Below, in pieces: positions 1-9,192 of a stretch of DNA of 64,000 bases; the first letter of the stretch is position 1, and every line of letters starts with the position of its first letter. A program made the position numbers and the translations under genes. The notes below the pieces were generated by a model, which was given only the letters and a program-made list of their open reading frames with translations, was not told where the DNA came from and made no database searches. This DNA comes from Pedobacter sp. UBA5917. Lineage in GTDB: Bacteria > Bacteroidota > Bacteroidia > Sphingobacteriales > Sphingobacteriaceae. The stretch is from contig NZ_DJDT01000299.1 of the NCBI RefSeq assembly GCF_002432345.1, positions 2,454 through 66,453 of the forward strand, in the 5' to 3' direction.

Positions 1-288
1 ATCATCCGGATGGTTAAGGCCCAGCGATTTGAAATAATTGATCAGAGGAGGATTTCTATTTCCCCAAAGCCATTTATTTCTGATCCACATACCGGTAGAA
101 AAATGCATTTCAGCAACTGCTTTAGTTTCTTCCATCTGTTTAAATTCATCCAGTTGGGCTTTTGGGCTACTTTGTTTCAAATATAATATGGCCTCATTTA
201 AATTTTTAGGAGCTGCCTTTTTTTGCTGCGAACTACATGCCACAGCAATCGCACATAATGTAAATAACAAAATAAATTTAGCGCTCAT
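1..288 (-). CDS. hypothetical lipoprotein; 3' end lies outside the window
   Basis: Absent from the ORF track because there is no in-window stop. The minus-strand ATG at 288 opens MSAKFILLFTLCAIAVACSSQQKK..., a signal peptide with a lipobox-like AVAC. The frame stays open to position 1. Confidence 0.5.
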   Translation of the reverse strand, partial: MSAKFILLFTLCAIAVACSSQQKKAAPKNLNEAILYLKQSSPKAQLDEFKQMEETKAVAEMHFSTGMWIRNKWLWGNRNPPLINYFKSLGLNHPDD

Positions 289-308
289 ATTAAATCCCGG
301 GATTTGAA

Positions 309-346
309 ATAAAAAAAAAGGTGTTCATTGTTGAAATGAACACCTC
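309..346 (-). terminator. rho-independent terminator after the 367..957 gene
   Basis: Stem GGTGTTCAT/ATGAACACC (320-328/336-344), followed by a T-run on the minus strand (A-run 309-319 on plus). Confidence 0.7.
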
Positions 347-366
347 TTTAAAGCTAGAAAATTATA

Positions 367-957
367 TTACAAAATCCTATACTCCAGGCCAACTGTAAAT
401 AAATTCAGCTTGGTACCCGGATAGCCAGATTTGTTGATTTTAGATAACCCCAATTCGTAACGGGCATCAAAACTTAACTTTTTAATGTCTAAGCCTGCAC
501 CAAACTGCCATGCCAGCGCCTGGTTTTTAAAATCGGCTTTGAAAACACTTCCTGCTGCCTGACCGAAACTCTGGTTTTCATCCAATATCAATGAAAACAT
601 TGGTCCGGTGTTTAAGCGAAGACCAACTCCGGCAGCTCCAAACTTTGTACCGATTAATAAAGGCACGTCCAAACTGGTGAAATTCACTCTGTTTACCTCT
701 CCTGTTGCATCGCTTACCAGGTTTGCTTTTTTACCCGAAACATAAAGCTCCGGTTGAAAATGAATTCCTGCAGCACCTATCCTAGCCCAAAGTCCGCCAT
801 AAAAACCTGCCCGGTTTTTACTGCTAAAAGTGTTTTCACTATCAAATTTAGATAAATTTGCGCCAGCCTTTATACCCAGCTGGAAAGTAGGTAATACCTG
901 TGCACTTGCGAAAAATGCAACAAGTAAAAATGCAACGGTTAAAGATAAAAATTTCAT
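367..957 (-). CDS. small outer-membrane beta-barrel protein (porin/OmpW-like family)
   Basis: Signal peptide MKFLSLTVAFLLVAFFASAQ. Alternating amphipathic beta-strand pattern with an aromatic-rich C-terminal strand (...FTVGLEYRIL). Confidence 0.7.
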   Translation of the reverse strand: MKFLSLTVAFLLVAFFASAQVLPTFQLGIKAGANLSKFDSENTFSSKNRAGFYGGLWARIGAAGIHFQPELYVSGKKANLVSDATGEVNRVNFTSLDVPLLIGTKFGAAGVGLRLNTGPMFSLILDENQSFGQAAGSVFKADFKNQALAWQFGAGLDIKKLSFDARYELGLSKINKSGYPGTKLNLFTVGLEYRIL

Positions 958-968
958 ATACAGTTAAT

Positions 969-1265
969 TTAGTTTGTGGCGTTGTTAATGGCTTCCTGCT
1001 CTTTTAAAGCATCAACATTATTTTTATCGCCGAAATTTTGTGTTTTACCTGCAAAGTAATCTAAAATTCCCGAAATTGTATCTAAGTTATCGGCTAAATT
1101 TTGATGAACATCCGGTAAATCTTTTTCCAAACGGCTATCGCCCAGTTCGATATTATCAACTTCAATTTTACCGATTTTCTGAATAAGTGCCTGCTGAGAG
1201 TTTTGCAAATCTTCTAATTCACGCACAATCTTTTCCATTAATTCAAACTTCTTTAGAGTATTCAT
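969..1265 (-). CDS. hypothetical small acidic coiled-coil protein
   Basis: Complete 98 aa ORF packed 12 nt upstream of the barrel gene. I recognise no motif. Confidence 0.45.
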   Translation of the reverse strand: MNTLKKFELMEKIVRELEDLQNSQQALIQKIGKIEVDNIELGDSRLEKDLPDVHQNLADNLDTISGILDYFAGKTQNFGDKNNVDALKEQEAINNATN

Positions 1266-1397
1266 AGGTTCTTATTTTTAAGTTCAACTTTCTTAATAAA
1301 CCCCTTAGCCCCTATTTTGTTTTATTCCACCCTGCTTTTAACAAATCGATTTGCAAATTTCAAAAACAACTAATAAATTAGTTTAAAATTATCAGCC

Positions 1398-2552
1398 ATG
1401 AAACACCTGCTCGTTTTAATCGCATTATTAGGTTTAAATTTAACGCTTTACGCCCAAAATGGCAATGCATTGGATAAAGAAAAACTTTTCGATTTTTACC
1501 AGAGTCAGCGTTATGCCGATGCGGCCCAATATCTAAAAAGTATTTATGGCGAAGAGGTTAACGATTTTAAAATTTTAAGCCAGATCGGCTATTGTTTTTT
1601 AATGGCCGGAAATAATGTTGAAGCAGAAAAATTCTACAGCAAGGCCTATGCACTTCAGCCGTTAAACCTACCTATTCTCTTTAGTTTGGGCAGCATCAAT
1701 ACCAAAAGGGGAAATACCGAAAAAGCCAAACGTTATTATGGTGAAGTGGTAAAAATAGACAGCAATAACTTTAATGTATATAAGCTGCTGGCCAATATGT
1801 ACAGCTCACCGAAAGAAGATTCGGTAAAAATAATCTACCTGTTAAAGGCCAATAAAATTAACCCGTTAGAAGGCGATGTTGCTATTGATCTTGCAGAAGT
1901 GCATTCGGATTACCAGCAATATGAAAAAGCTTATGGTGTACTCGATATTGCGATTAAAGGCGATAGCGATAACCTGGTATTGCAAAGGGCGAAACTTCCG
2001 ATAGCCAACCAGCTAAAAAAATATGCGGAAGTGATTGCCTCTGGCGAAAAATTATTAAAAGATGGTGCAGATGCAGGCGTAATAAAAGATGTAGCAAAGG
2101 CTTATTATTATACCAAGAAATACCAGAGGGCAATTGATCTATTTAAAATGCTCGAAGCAGCTGCTATGGAAAATGAAGCTACCTTATACTATACTTCACT
2201 TAGTTACCGGGCTTTAAAAAATTATGCACAGGCAGCTTTTTATACTAAAAAAACGATAGATGAGGCCATTTCGCCCAATACTTCGAGTTATTATTCTTTA
2301 TTGGGATTGGTTTATGAGGAAAACAACCAGTTAACACTTGCAAATGCGGCCTATCAAAAAGGCCTTCAGTTTAAAGTTGTTCCTACTTTGTATTACCGCA
2401 TGGCGGTATTTTACGATACCAGAATGAAACAACCGGGCAATGCGCTTAAATATTATATGCTCTATTTAAAAAGCAAACCGAGTTTGCTAAACGACAAGGA
2501 AGAAATCAAATTTACCAAAGACAGGATCGCGCAGCTCAACCTGACTGATTAA
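1398..2552 (+). CDS. secreted TPR-repeat protein
   Basis: Signal peptide MKHLLVLIALLGLNLTLYAQ. Repeated A-x-x-Y-Y-x-K-A / A-x-x-x-Y-x-K-A-L TPR-like helices. Confidence 0.75.
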   Translation: MKHLLVLIALLGLNLTLYAQNGNALDKEKLFDFYQSQRYADAAQYLKSIYGEEVNDFKILSQIGYCFLMAGNNVEAEKFYSKAYALQPLNLPILFSLGSINTKRGNTEKAKRYYGEVVKIDSNNFNVYKLLANMYSSPKEDSVKIIYLLKANKINPLEGDVAIDLAEVHSDYQQYEKAYGVLDIAIKGDSDNLVLQRAKLPIANQLKKYAEVIASGEKLLKDGADAGVIKDVAKAYYYTKKYQRAIDLFKMLEAAAMENEATLYYTSLSYRALKNYAQAAFYTKKTIDEAISPNTSSYYSLLGLVYEENNQLTLANAAYQKGLQFKVVPTLYYRMAVFYDTRMKQPGNALKYYMLYLKSKPSLLNDKEEIKFTKDRIAQLNLTD

Positions 2553-3010
2553 ACCAAGTCTTCGAAAACAGGTTTTACATTGTCCCAAAATTCGTCAAGA
2601 GCAATAATTCTTGGCTTAAAAAAGGAAATGAGATCTGGCCAGTGCTGCTGGTTAAATATGCTAACCCCGCTTATACTGATGGAAATTAAGGAAATAGTTT
2701 TGCCAAATTCGTCTGTTGAATCTTTAATCCAGTCCCACTCTTCGTTTACGGTATTGGTAAACATCAGTTTAAATTCTTCGAACTGCTCAAATATGAGGTG
2801 CCTGATATCGGCATCGTGATGCGAGAGCTGAATGCTGATAAAAGCTTTTTTATTATCTACATCCATTTTAAAGAAGATGTTCTTTACTCCTGTTTTATAG
2901 TTGGTCCAGTTTACGGTAGAACCACCGGCCGAAGGAACGGGTTTCATATATTGCCCGAAACTGATCCAAAACTGTTGACGTAACCTTGCTGATTCTTCTT
3001 TACTGTACAT
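2549..3010 (-). CDS. hypothetical protein (DUF4268-like)
   Basis: Complete 153 aa ORF. Its stop overlaps the convergent TPR gene stop by 4 nt. The family call is from memory of the motif layout only. Confidence 0.5.
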   Translation of the reverse strand: MYSKEESARLRQQFWISFGQYMKPVPSAGGSTVNWTNYKTGVKNIFFKMDVDNKKAFISIQLSHHDADIRHLIFEQFEEFKLMFTNTVNEEWDWIKDSTDEFGKTISLISISISGVSIFNQQHWPDLISFFKPRIIALDEFWDNVKPVFEDLV

Positions 3011-3102
3011 TTATTTTTAAGCTTAATTACCGTCATCTCATCTTGCACAAAATGGCATGAGACTTCGGTGCGCTCCCCATTGTTAACAAAATTCAAAAAA
3101 AA

Positions 3103-3191
3103 GTCGTCATCTCGACCGAAACGCAGTGAAGCGGAGAGATCTAACTCGAGACAGATTTCTCGACTCCGTTGCACTCCGCTCGAAATGACGA
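3103..3191. repeat. REP-A intergenic hairpin element, copy 1
   Basis: About 90 bp imperfect palindrome GTCGTCATCTCGACCGAAACGCAGTGAAGCGGAGAGATCT...AGATTTCTCGACTCCGTTGCACTCCGCTCGAAATGACGA. Related copies at 6719, 24146 and 59629. Confidence 0.85.
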
Positions 3192-3230
3192 TCTTTTGTG
3201 TCTTTTTACCGAAGCTGCAATGATAAGCGA

Positions 3231-5879
3231 TTAATATTTATATTCAAAATGATAGCTACCCGAACCTATTTCTTCTTTTTTATCGGTTTTTGGCAAAATT
3301 ACCTTAGCAGTTGTATTGGCCGGAACGGTTACATCGAGTTTAAAAATTCCGTTGACAATCGTCCACGATGATTTTATGGTACCATAAGCGGTTTCGAGTT
3401 CTGCCGAGGCATTGGTTAATTTACCGCCCGGCCTTGGTGCAATTAAAATTGCTTTATAGCCTGGCTGTGTAGACACGGGATTAATACCGGCAATATTTTT
3501 ATACATCCAATCGCCGATTGCGCCATAAGCATAATGGTTAAATGAGTTCATATCAGCCGTTTGGAAAGATCCATCCTGTTTAATACCGTCCCAACGTTCC
3601 CAAATGGTGGTTGCGCCCATTTTTACCGGGTAAAGCCATGAAGGGTAACTTTCCTGCAATAATAAATCGTAAGCTACATCCTCATGTCCAAACCGGCTCA
3701 ATACATGGCAAAGATAAGGCGTACCTAAAAAGCCCGTAGTTAAGTGGTTTCCATAATCGCGCACATTATCAACCAGCCTTTGTGCAGCCTGCGCACGTAA
3801 ATTTTCGGGCAGCATATCAAACTGCAGGGCCAAAACATAAGCAGTTTGTGTATTCGAAATCAATTTGCCGCTCGGCGTCATGTTTTCTTTAATGTAGGCT
3901 TCCTTTATTTTTTCCAAAAGGTCGCTGTACTTGGCCACATCATCTGTTTTGCCGAGCACCCTGGCCGCGTTTAATAGCAATTGTGTAGAATGCGCATAAA
4001 ATGTTTGTGCAATCATGTATTTATCGGTTACCGCCGCGCGACCATCATTATCATCGATCGGGCGGTAGAATAACCAATCACCAAAATGAAAACCGGTATT
4101 CCAAAGGTTATTTTTAGACTTTGAAGAAATGTAATCGACCCATTTTTTCATACTGTCGTATTGTGTTTCCAAAAGGCCTTTATCGCCATACAATATATAC
4201 ATGTCCCATGGGATAATGGTGGCTACATCGGCCCAACCTGCAGAACCTGCATCATTCTGGTTTAATACATTCGGTACAACAAAAGGAACGCTGCCGTTTG
4301 GAAGTTGGTCTGCAGAAACATCTTTTAACCATTTGGTGAAAAAGCCCGATACATCCATATTATATGCCGCTGTGGCAGCAAATGCCTGTGCATCGCCCGT
4401 CCAGCCTAAACGCTCATCCCGCTGTGGACAATCTGTTGGCACATCAACAAAGTTCCCTTTCTGCCCCCATTGAATATTGTGCTGCAATTGGTTTAACAAA
4501 GGATTTGATGTGCTGAATTTCCCACTCGTTTTCATATCCGAATAAACAGCAACAGCAGTAAGATCCGATAATTTCAGTTCTCCCGGATAACCATCAATTT
4601 TTACATACCTGAAACCCTGGAAAGAAAAATGCGGTTCGAATACCTGCTCGGCTTCACCTTTTAAAATATAATTGTTCTGCTGTTTTGCGGTGCGGAGATT
4701 GGTAGTATAAAAATTCCCTTCTTTCGTTAACACCTCAGCATGGCTGATGGTAATTTTTGTACCCGCAGCTCCTTTTGCTTTTAGCATTACCCAGCCAACC
4801 AGGTTCTGCCCAAAATCAACCACAGTTTCGCCCACAGGCGTTTTAAATATTTTTAAAGCTTTAAATTCTTCGTGTTTACGCACCTGCGGACCACTCATGC
4901 CCACCAGTTTTTCCGGTCCGTTGGCCAGTTCCTGCACGGGTTTCCAGCTGGCATTTTCTTTAAAGTTCGTGTTGTTCCAACCCAACTGTTCAAACCGGGC
5001 ATCGTAAGTATCCCCATCGTAAATATTGGATGTCCTAATTGCTCCATAACTGGTTTTCCAGCTGTTATCGCTTACAATGGTTTCTTTGCTGCCATCGGTA
5101 TATTCAACTTCAAGCTGTAGCAACAACGCCCTTGTATTGCCATAAAATTCTTTTTGAGAACCAAAACCGATCCTTCCTTTATACCAGCCATCGCCCAGTG
5201 AAACACCAATTACGTTTGATCCTTTTTTCAGTGTTTTACCCAGTTCGTAAACCTGGTACTGGATATGGTTTTTATAACTCGTCCAGCCGGGAGCAAAATA
5301 ACTGTCGCTTACCCTTTCGCCATTAATACCCGCTTCATACAAACCTTTTGCGGTAATATAGGCCGTAGCAGAGCGCACATCTTTTTTTAAGCTGAATTCT
5401 TTTCTGAATAACGGACTGGCTAGCGAAGTATCTTTCCCTTCAACCGCAATCCATTTCGCTTTCCAATCTTCGGGTTTCAATCCGGTTTGAAAGTATTGCA
5501 TCGGCGACCATGCGGAGGTATTTCCATGGTTATCTTTTACCTTAACCTGCCAGAAATATTTGGTTTTTGATGATAATTGAGGTCCATCATAGGCGATAAG
5601 TACCGACTGATCGTTGTTTACAGTCGTTTTCCATAAAACTTTATCAATTTTTGCAGCTGTACCCAACCTGATTTCATAATTACCCTGTTTGGTATTTTTT
5701 ACATCTGAGATGATTTTCCAGCTGAACCTGGGTTTCGGATTATCAATACTGAGCGGATTTGTTAAATGCTCTACAGTTAAATCTTTTACCGAAATTTTCT
5801 GCGCCGATAACTGGTTAACAAAAGAAAACAGCAGGGCAATGGTTAGCATTGCACCTGTGTTACGGGAAATCTTTTTCAT
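3231..5879 (-). CDS. alpha-L-rhamnosidase (GH78 family), secreted
   Basis: 882 aa with an N-terminal signal peptide. Contains the GH78-typical block DVPTDCPQRDERLGWTGDAQAF. Confidence 0.85.
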   Translation of the reverse strand: MKKISRNTGAMLTIALLFSFVNQLSAQKISVKDLTVEHLTNPLSIDNPKPRFSWKIISDVKNTKQGNYEIRLGTAAKIDKVLWKTTVNNDQSVLIAYDGPQLSSKTKYFWQVKVKDNHGNTSAWSPMQYFQTGLKPEDWKAKWIAVEGKDTSLASPLFRKEFSLKKDVRSATAYITAKGLYEAGINGERVSDSYFAPGWTSYKNHIQYQVYELGKTLKKGSNVIGVSLGDGWYKGRIGFGSQKEFYGNTRALLLQLEVEYTDGSKETIVSDNSWKTSYGAIRTSNIYDGDTYDARFEQLGWNNTNFKENASWKPVQELANGPEKLVGMSGPQVRKHEEFKALKIFKTPVGETVVDFGQNLVGWVMLKAKGAAGTKITISHAEVLTKEGNFYTTNLRTAKQQNNYILKGEAEQVFEPHFSFQGFRYVKIDGYPGELKLSDLTAVAVYSDMKTSGKFSTSNPLLNQLQHNIQWGQKGNFVDVPTDCPQRDERLGWTGDAQAFAATAAYNMDVSGFFTKWLKDVSADQLPNGSVPFVVPNVLNQNDAGSAGWADVATIIPWDMYILYGDKGLLETQYDSMKKWVDYISSKSKNNLWNTGFHFGDWLFYRPIDDNDGRAAVTDKYMIAQTFYAHSTQLLLNAARVLGKTDDVAKYSDLLEKIKEAYIKENMTPSGKLISNTQTAYVLALQFDMLPENLRAQAAQRLVDNVRDYGNHLTTGFLGTPYLCHVLSRFGHEDVAYDLLLQESYPSWLYPVKMGATTIWERWDGIKQDGSFQTADMNSFNHYAYGAIGDWMYKNIAGINPVSTQPGYKAILIAPRPGGKLTNASAELETAYGTIKSSWTIVNGIFKLDVTVPANTTAKVILPKTDKKEEIGSGSYHFEYKY

Positions 5880-5886
5880 AAATGGT

Positions 5887-5914
5887 TAGTGTTATATTTT
5901 TGGTCTTAACACTA
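5887..5914. promoter_or_regulatory. inverted repeat TAGTGTTA-N12-TAACACTA just upstream of the GH78 start
   Basis: 8 bp arms at 5887-5894 and 5907-5914. The half-sites match the NrtR-type palindrome, but the spacer is about 9 bp longer. Confidence 0.3.
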
Positions 5915-6045
5915 CGATAATCAGCAATATAATCCGGCCAACCATCCTGCACTGTCATGAAAAATTAAACGTTAAAACAACGCCTATTAACACGCAAAAT
6001 ATTGATAATTAAACAACTAAAGCAAAATCAACAAAGAAATAAAAA

Positions 6046-6630
6046 TTATCTATTCATTAATCTGGCTACATATTTGCCAATGATATCGAACTCCAGATTT
6101 ACGGTATCGCCAACTTCTACTTCCTGTAAATTGGTATGTTCGAAGGTATAAGGGATAATAAATACCGAAAATTCATCAGCTTCCGAATTAACTACGGTTA
6201 GGCTGATACCATTAACACAGGCAGAACCTTTTTCTACGGTTACATTTCCAGCAGTAGCATCGTATTTAAAACGGTATTCCCAACTGCCGTCAAGCGCTTC
6301 GCGTTTAACACAAACCGCAGTTTGATCTACATGCCCCTGTACAATGTGTCCGTCTAAACGGGCATTCATCTGCATACATCGTTCAAGGTTGATTTTACTG
6401 CCCACCTTTAAACCATCAAGATTGGTTTTATTCAGGGTTTCATCAATCGCCGTAACCGTATGCGTTCCGTCGTTTAAAGCCACTACAGTCAAGCATACGC
6501 CGTTATGTGCCACACTCTGATCGATTTTCAACTCATGGCTAATGGCCGACGAAATGGTAAAATGGATATTGGTATGATCGTTTTTGATGGCGGTAACTTC
6601 GCCAAGTGTTTCTATTATTCCTGTGAACAT
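6046..6630 (-). CDS. ribE: riboflavin synthase
   Basis: Canonical N-terminus MFTGIIETLGEV and duplicated lumazine-binding repeats (GVCLTV / GISLTV). I moved the start to the internal ATG at 6630, because the 22 aa track extension runs toward the REP element. Confidence 0.9.
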   Translation of the reverse strand: MFTGIIETLGEVTAIKNDHTNIHFTISSAISHELKIDQSVAHNGVCLTVVALNDGTHTVTAIDETLNKTNLDGLKVGSKINLERCMQMNARLDGHIVQGHVDQTAVCVKREALDGSWEYRFKYDATAGNVTVEKGSACVNGISLTVVNSEADEFSVFIIPYTFEHTNLQEVEVGDTVNLEFDIIGKYVARLMNR

Positions 6631-6718
6631 TTTGTTGTTTTTTGTTGGGTCGTCATTTTGCCATTCCTTCGTGATCTCAGCTGCCCTGAATTTCACTTCT
6701 TCACAAACTCAGAAGAAA

Positions 6719-6808
6719 GTCGTCATCTCGACTGGAGCAAAGCGGAATGGAGAGATCTATCTCGAGATAGATTTCTCGGCTACGTTACACTCCGCTCGAA
6801 ATGACGGT
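6719..6808. repeat. REP-A intergenic hairpin element, copy 2
   Basis: GTCGTCATCTCGACTGGAGCAAAGCGGAATGGAGAGATCT...AGATTTCTCGGCTACGTTACACTCCGCTCGAAATGACGG. Confidence 0.85.
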
Positions 6809-6848
6809 GTGGAGGAGTTTTGTTACCAATGAGGATCGCTCAAATTAT

Positions 6849-8360
6849 CTAATATTTCAATCTATTTTTTCTCCAGTCCGAAGTATTTTTAACCACCTCA
6901 TCACTCATTTTTATATCCTTTTTCTGGAATAATTTAGCGGCAATTACTGCGGCAATAAGTGCTTCTGTTTCATCCTGTGCCTTTAAACTTTCAGGTTTAA
7001 AGTATTTGCCTACAAAGTGGGTATCAAAATTACCACTTTTAAAAGCTTCGTGCTGCATTACAAATTTACCAAAAGCCAGGGTAGTTTCTATCCCCGTAAT
7101 ATCATATTCTTCAATTGCCCTCACCATTCTTTCGATGGCTTCTTCCCTATCTTTACCATAGGTGATCAGTTTGGCAATCATCGGATCGTAATAAATGGGG
7201 ATTTCCATGCCCTGCTCAAAACCATCGTCAACCCTTACACCATTACCTTTTGGGGTATTGTAGGTTTGTAAAGTACCAATATCAGGGAGGAAATTATTGG
7301 CCGGATCTTCTGCATACACCCTTAATTCGATGGCATGTCCGCTTATTTTTAAATCTTCCTGGTTAAAACCTAATTTTTCGCCCGAAGCAATTTTAATCTG
7401 TTCTTTTACCAGGTCGATTCCCGTAATCAGTTCGCTTACCGGATGTTCTACCTGTAAACGGGTATTCATTTCGAGAAAAAAGAAATCCAGGTTTTCATCC
7501 AGGATAAATTCTACGGTACCAGCGCCGGTATAATTTACCGAACGGGCCACGTCTACTGCGCACTTACCCATCTGCTGCCTGATTTCTTCAGTTAAAACCG
7601 ATGAAGGTGCTTCCTCTACCACTTTCTGGTGACGGCGCTGCACAGAGCATTCACGTTCGAAAAGGTGTACAATATTACCGTGGTTATCGCCCAAAACCTG
7701 TATTTCGATGTGCCTAGGCGAAGTAACATAACGTTCGATAAAAACAGCTCCATCGCCAAATGCAGAGGTAGCTTCGCTTACGGCAAGCTGCATCTGCTCT
7801 TCAAAATCATCGGCCTTTTCTACGATGCGCATCCCTTTGCCACCGCCACCTGCTGCCGCTTTAATCAAAATCGGAAAACCAACTTCGATGGCACGTTGTT
7901 TGGCTTCGTTCACATCCTGAATGGCCTCTTCCGTTCCGGGCACCATTGGGATGTTATATTTTAATGCGGCAGCTTTTGCAGATAGTTTATTACCCATAGT
8001 TTCCATTGCCTGCGGCGAAGGACCAACCAAAATCAAACCTGAATCGGCAACCAATTGTGCAAAACCTGCATTCTCGGATAAGAAACCATAACCCGGATGA
8101 ATGGCTTCGGCCCCTGTTAATTTACAGGCATCGATAATTTTTTCTCCTACCAGATAACTTTGGTTAGAAGGTGCCGGACCGATAAAAACAGCTTCATCAG
8201 CATAACGTACATGCAATGCATTACGGTCGGCCTCAGAAAAAACGGCTACTGTTTTGATCCCCATTTCCTTTGCTGAGCGCATAATACGTAAAGCAATTTC
8301 GCCACGGTTGGCAATAAGCAGTTTGGATATTGGGGTTATGGGTTTGGAGTTGTTAGGCAT
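6849..8360 (-). CDS. accC: biotin carboxylase (acetyl/acyl-CoA carboxylase subunit)
   Basis: LIANRGEIALRI N-terminus. ATP-grasp glycine loop AAAGGGGKGMRIV. EMNTRLQVEHPV block. No BCCP or carboxyltransferase gene is adjacent. Confidence 0.85.
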   Translation of the reverse strand: MPNNSKPITPISKLLIANRGEIALRIMRSAKEMGIKTVAVFSEADRNALHVRYADEAVFIGPAPSNQSYLVGEKIIDACKLTGAEAIHPGYGFLSENAGFAQLVADSGLILVGPSPQAMETMGNKLSAKAAALKYNIPMVPGTEEAIQDVNEAKQRAIEVGFPILIKAAAGGGGKGMRIVEKADDFEEQMQLAVSEATSAFGDGAVFIERYVTSPRHIEIQVLGDNHGNIVHLFERECSVQRRHQKVVEEAPSSVLTEEIRQQMGKCAVDVARSVNYTGAGTVEFILDENLDFFFLEMNTRLQVEHPVSELITGIDLVKEQIKIASGEKLGFNQEDLKISGHAIELRVYAEDPANNFLPDIGTLQTYNTPKGNGVRVDDGFEQGMEIPIYYDPMIAKLITYGKDREEAIERMVRAIEEYDITGIETTLAFGKFVMQHEAFKSGNFDTHFVGKYFKPESLKAQDETEALIAAVIAAKLFQKKDIKMSDEVVKNTSDWRKNRLKY

Positions 8361-8370
8361 ATTTTTATAT

Positions 8371-9147
8371 TTATTTCCACCACTTTTCTGATTCTTTTTT
8401 AAAAGCTATCTTAGATTCGGGCGAATTATAGTTATGGGCATAGGCCAACTGATAATTTTCCCAACCATTTTTAAGGTATTTCTCATTTACGCTAAACTCA
8501 CCGGCACCAATATCCAGATCGCCACAACCAGGTATCCTATAATCACCCCAGTTGCATTTTTTGGTGATTTTGCTTTTATAACCTGTCCAGGCCCCTACAA
8601 ATTCATTATTCGAAAAACCATCGGCCATCATATTTATCGTATCATAAAACATATTCCCCTTTGCATCCAGGGCAAAGTGGGTTGTCAGCTTTCCTTTTAT
8701 AGAACCTGCTGAAATACTCTTCTGATCTTCGAAGAATAAAATATCAGCAACAATAAACCCCTGTTTAAATTTAGGTTTGTCGCTTTCTTTATAAAAACCG
8801 GCTTCGGTAATTTTAATTTTTCCCTGGAAGGAGCATATATTATTTTTCACCATGGTTTTTCCATAGGCAAAATACTCATTCGGTTTTTCGATGTCTTTAA
8901 TAACGGAGATCAGGTGGATATAAAACCTTTGATAATTGTCGCCAATAAAACCAATGGCTTCCGCAGCTTTTATCTTTTTATTTTCGATTTCTTCATCCAG
9001 ATCGGCTATACTATCCGAAACCCAGATTTTAGAAAAATCATATTTTGCCGTGCTGGCTACAAAATCTGTATGAGCAACCTGTTGTGCTTTAATCTTAATT
9101 GAACACACCAGCAACAAAAAGAGCGCGGAAAGTTTTATTGCTTTCAT
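8371..9147 (-). CDS. secreted hypothetical protein, paralog of 15701..16483
   Basis: Signal peptide MKAIKLSALFLLLVCSIKIKAQ (start moved to ATG 9147). Shares the C-terminal block KKCNWGDYR(I/V)P...D(L/F)DIGAGEF(S/N)V(N/S)EKY(L/M)KNGW with the other copy. Confidence 0.7.
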   Translation of the reverse strand: MKAIKLSALFLLLVCSIKIKAQQVAHTDFVASTAKYDFSKIWVSDSIADLDEEIENKKIKAAEAIGFIGDNYQRFYIHLISVIKDIEKPNEYFAYGKTMVKNNICSFQGKIKITEAGFYKESDKPKFKQGFIVADILFFEDQKSISAGSIKGKLTTHFALDAKGNMFYDTINMMADGFSNNEFVGAWTGYKSKITKKCNWGDYRIPGCGDLDIGAGEFSVNEKYLKNGWENYQLAYAHNYNSPESKIAFKKESEKWWK

Positions 9148-9192
9148 AGTGATTTTACATTTGGTTATAGCGGGCAAAATATAAGTTTCTGC

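Noticed and set aside
38-307. 89 aa plus-strand ORF at the window start.
   Set aside because: The opposite strand encodes a more plausible lipoprotein (signal peptide plus lipobox) that is open to the window edge. The plus-strand product is Cys/Phe-rich with no features.
2944-3174. Track ORFs 2944..3174, 6584..6832 (and 6505..6804), 24147..24341 and 59465..59752.
   Set aside because: All span REP-A copies and give the recurrent pseudo-peptide (...GEIYLEIDLS...RFGRDD...). They are artefacts of a non-coding repeat.
6631-6696. N-terminal extensions proposed by the ORF track for ribE, ltaE (10216-10263), the BadF kinase (10412-10435), glgB (39373-39417), MerC (53358-53414), COG0523 (53390-53443), GH31 (41894-41905) and 8371..9177 (9148-9177).
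   Set aside because: In each case an internal ATG yields the canonical family N-terminus or a proper signal peptide. The extension runs into promoter or repeat sequence.
6631-6848. I looked for riboswitches and leaders: an FMN riboswitch upstream of ribE, a lysine riboswitch upstream of dapA (61798-62129) and a T-box upstream of tyrS (58797-58943).
   Set aside because: I could not recognise the conserved cores of these elements. REP or hairpin repeats or plain AT-rich DNA occupy these regions. A covariance-model scan (Rfam/Infernal) would be needed to be sure.
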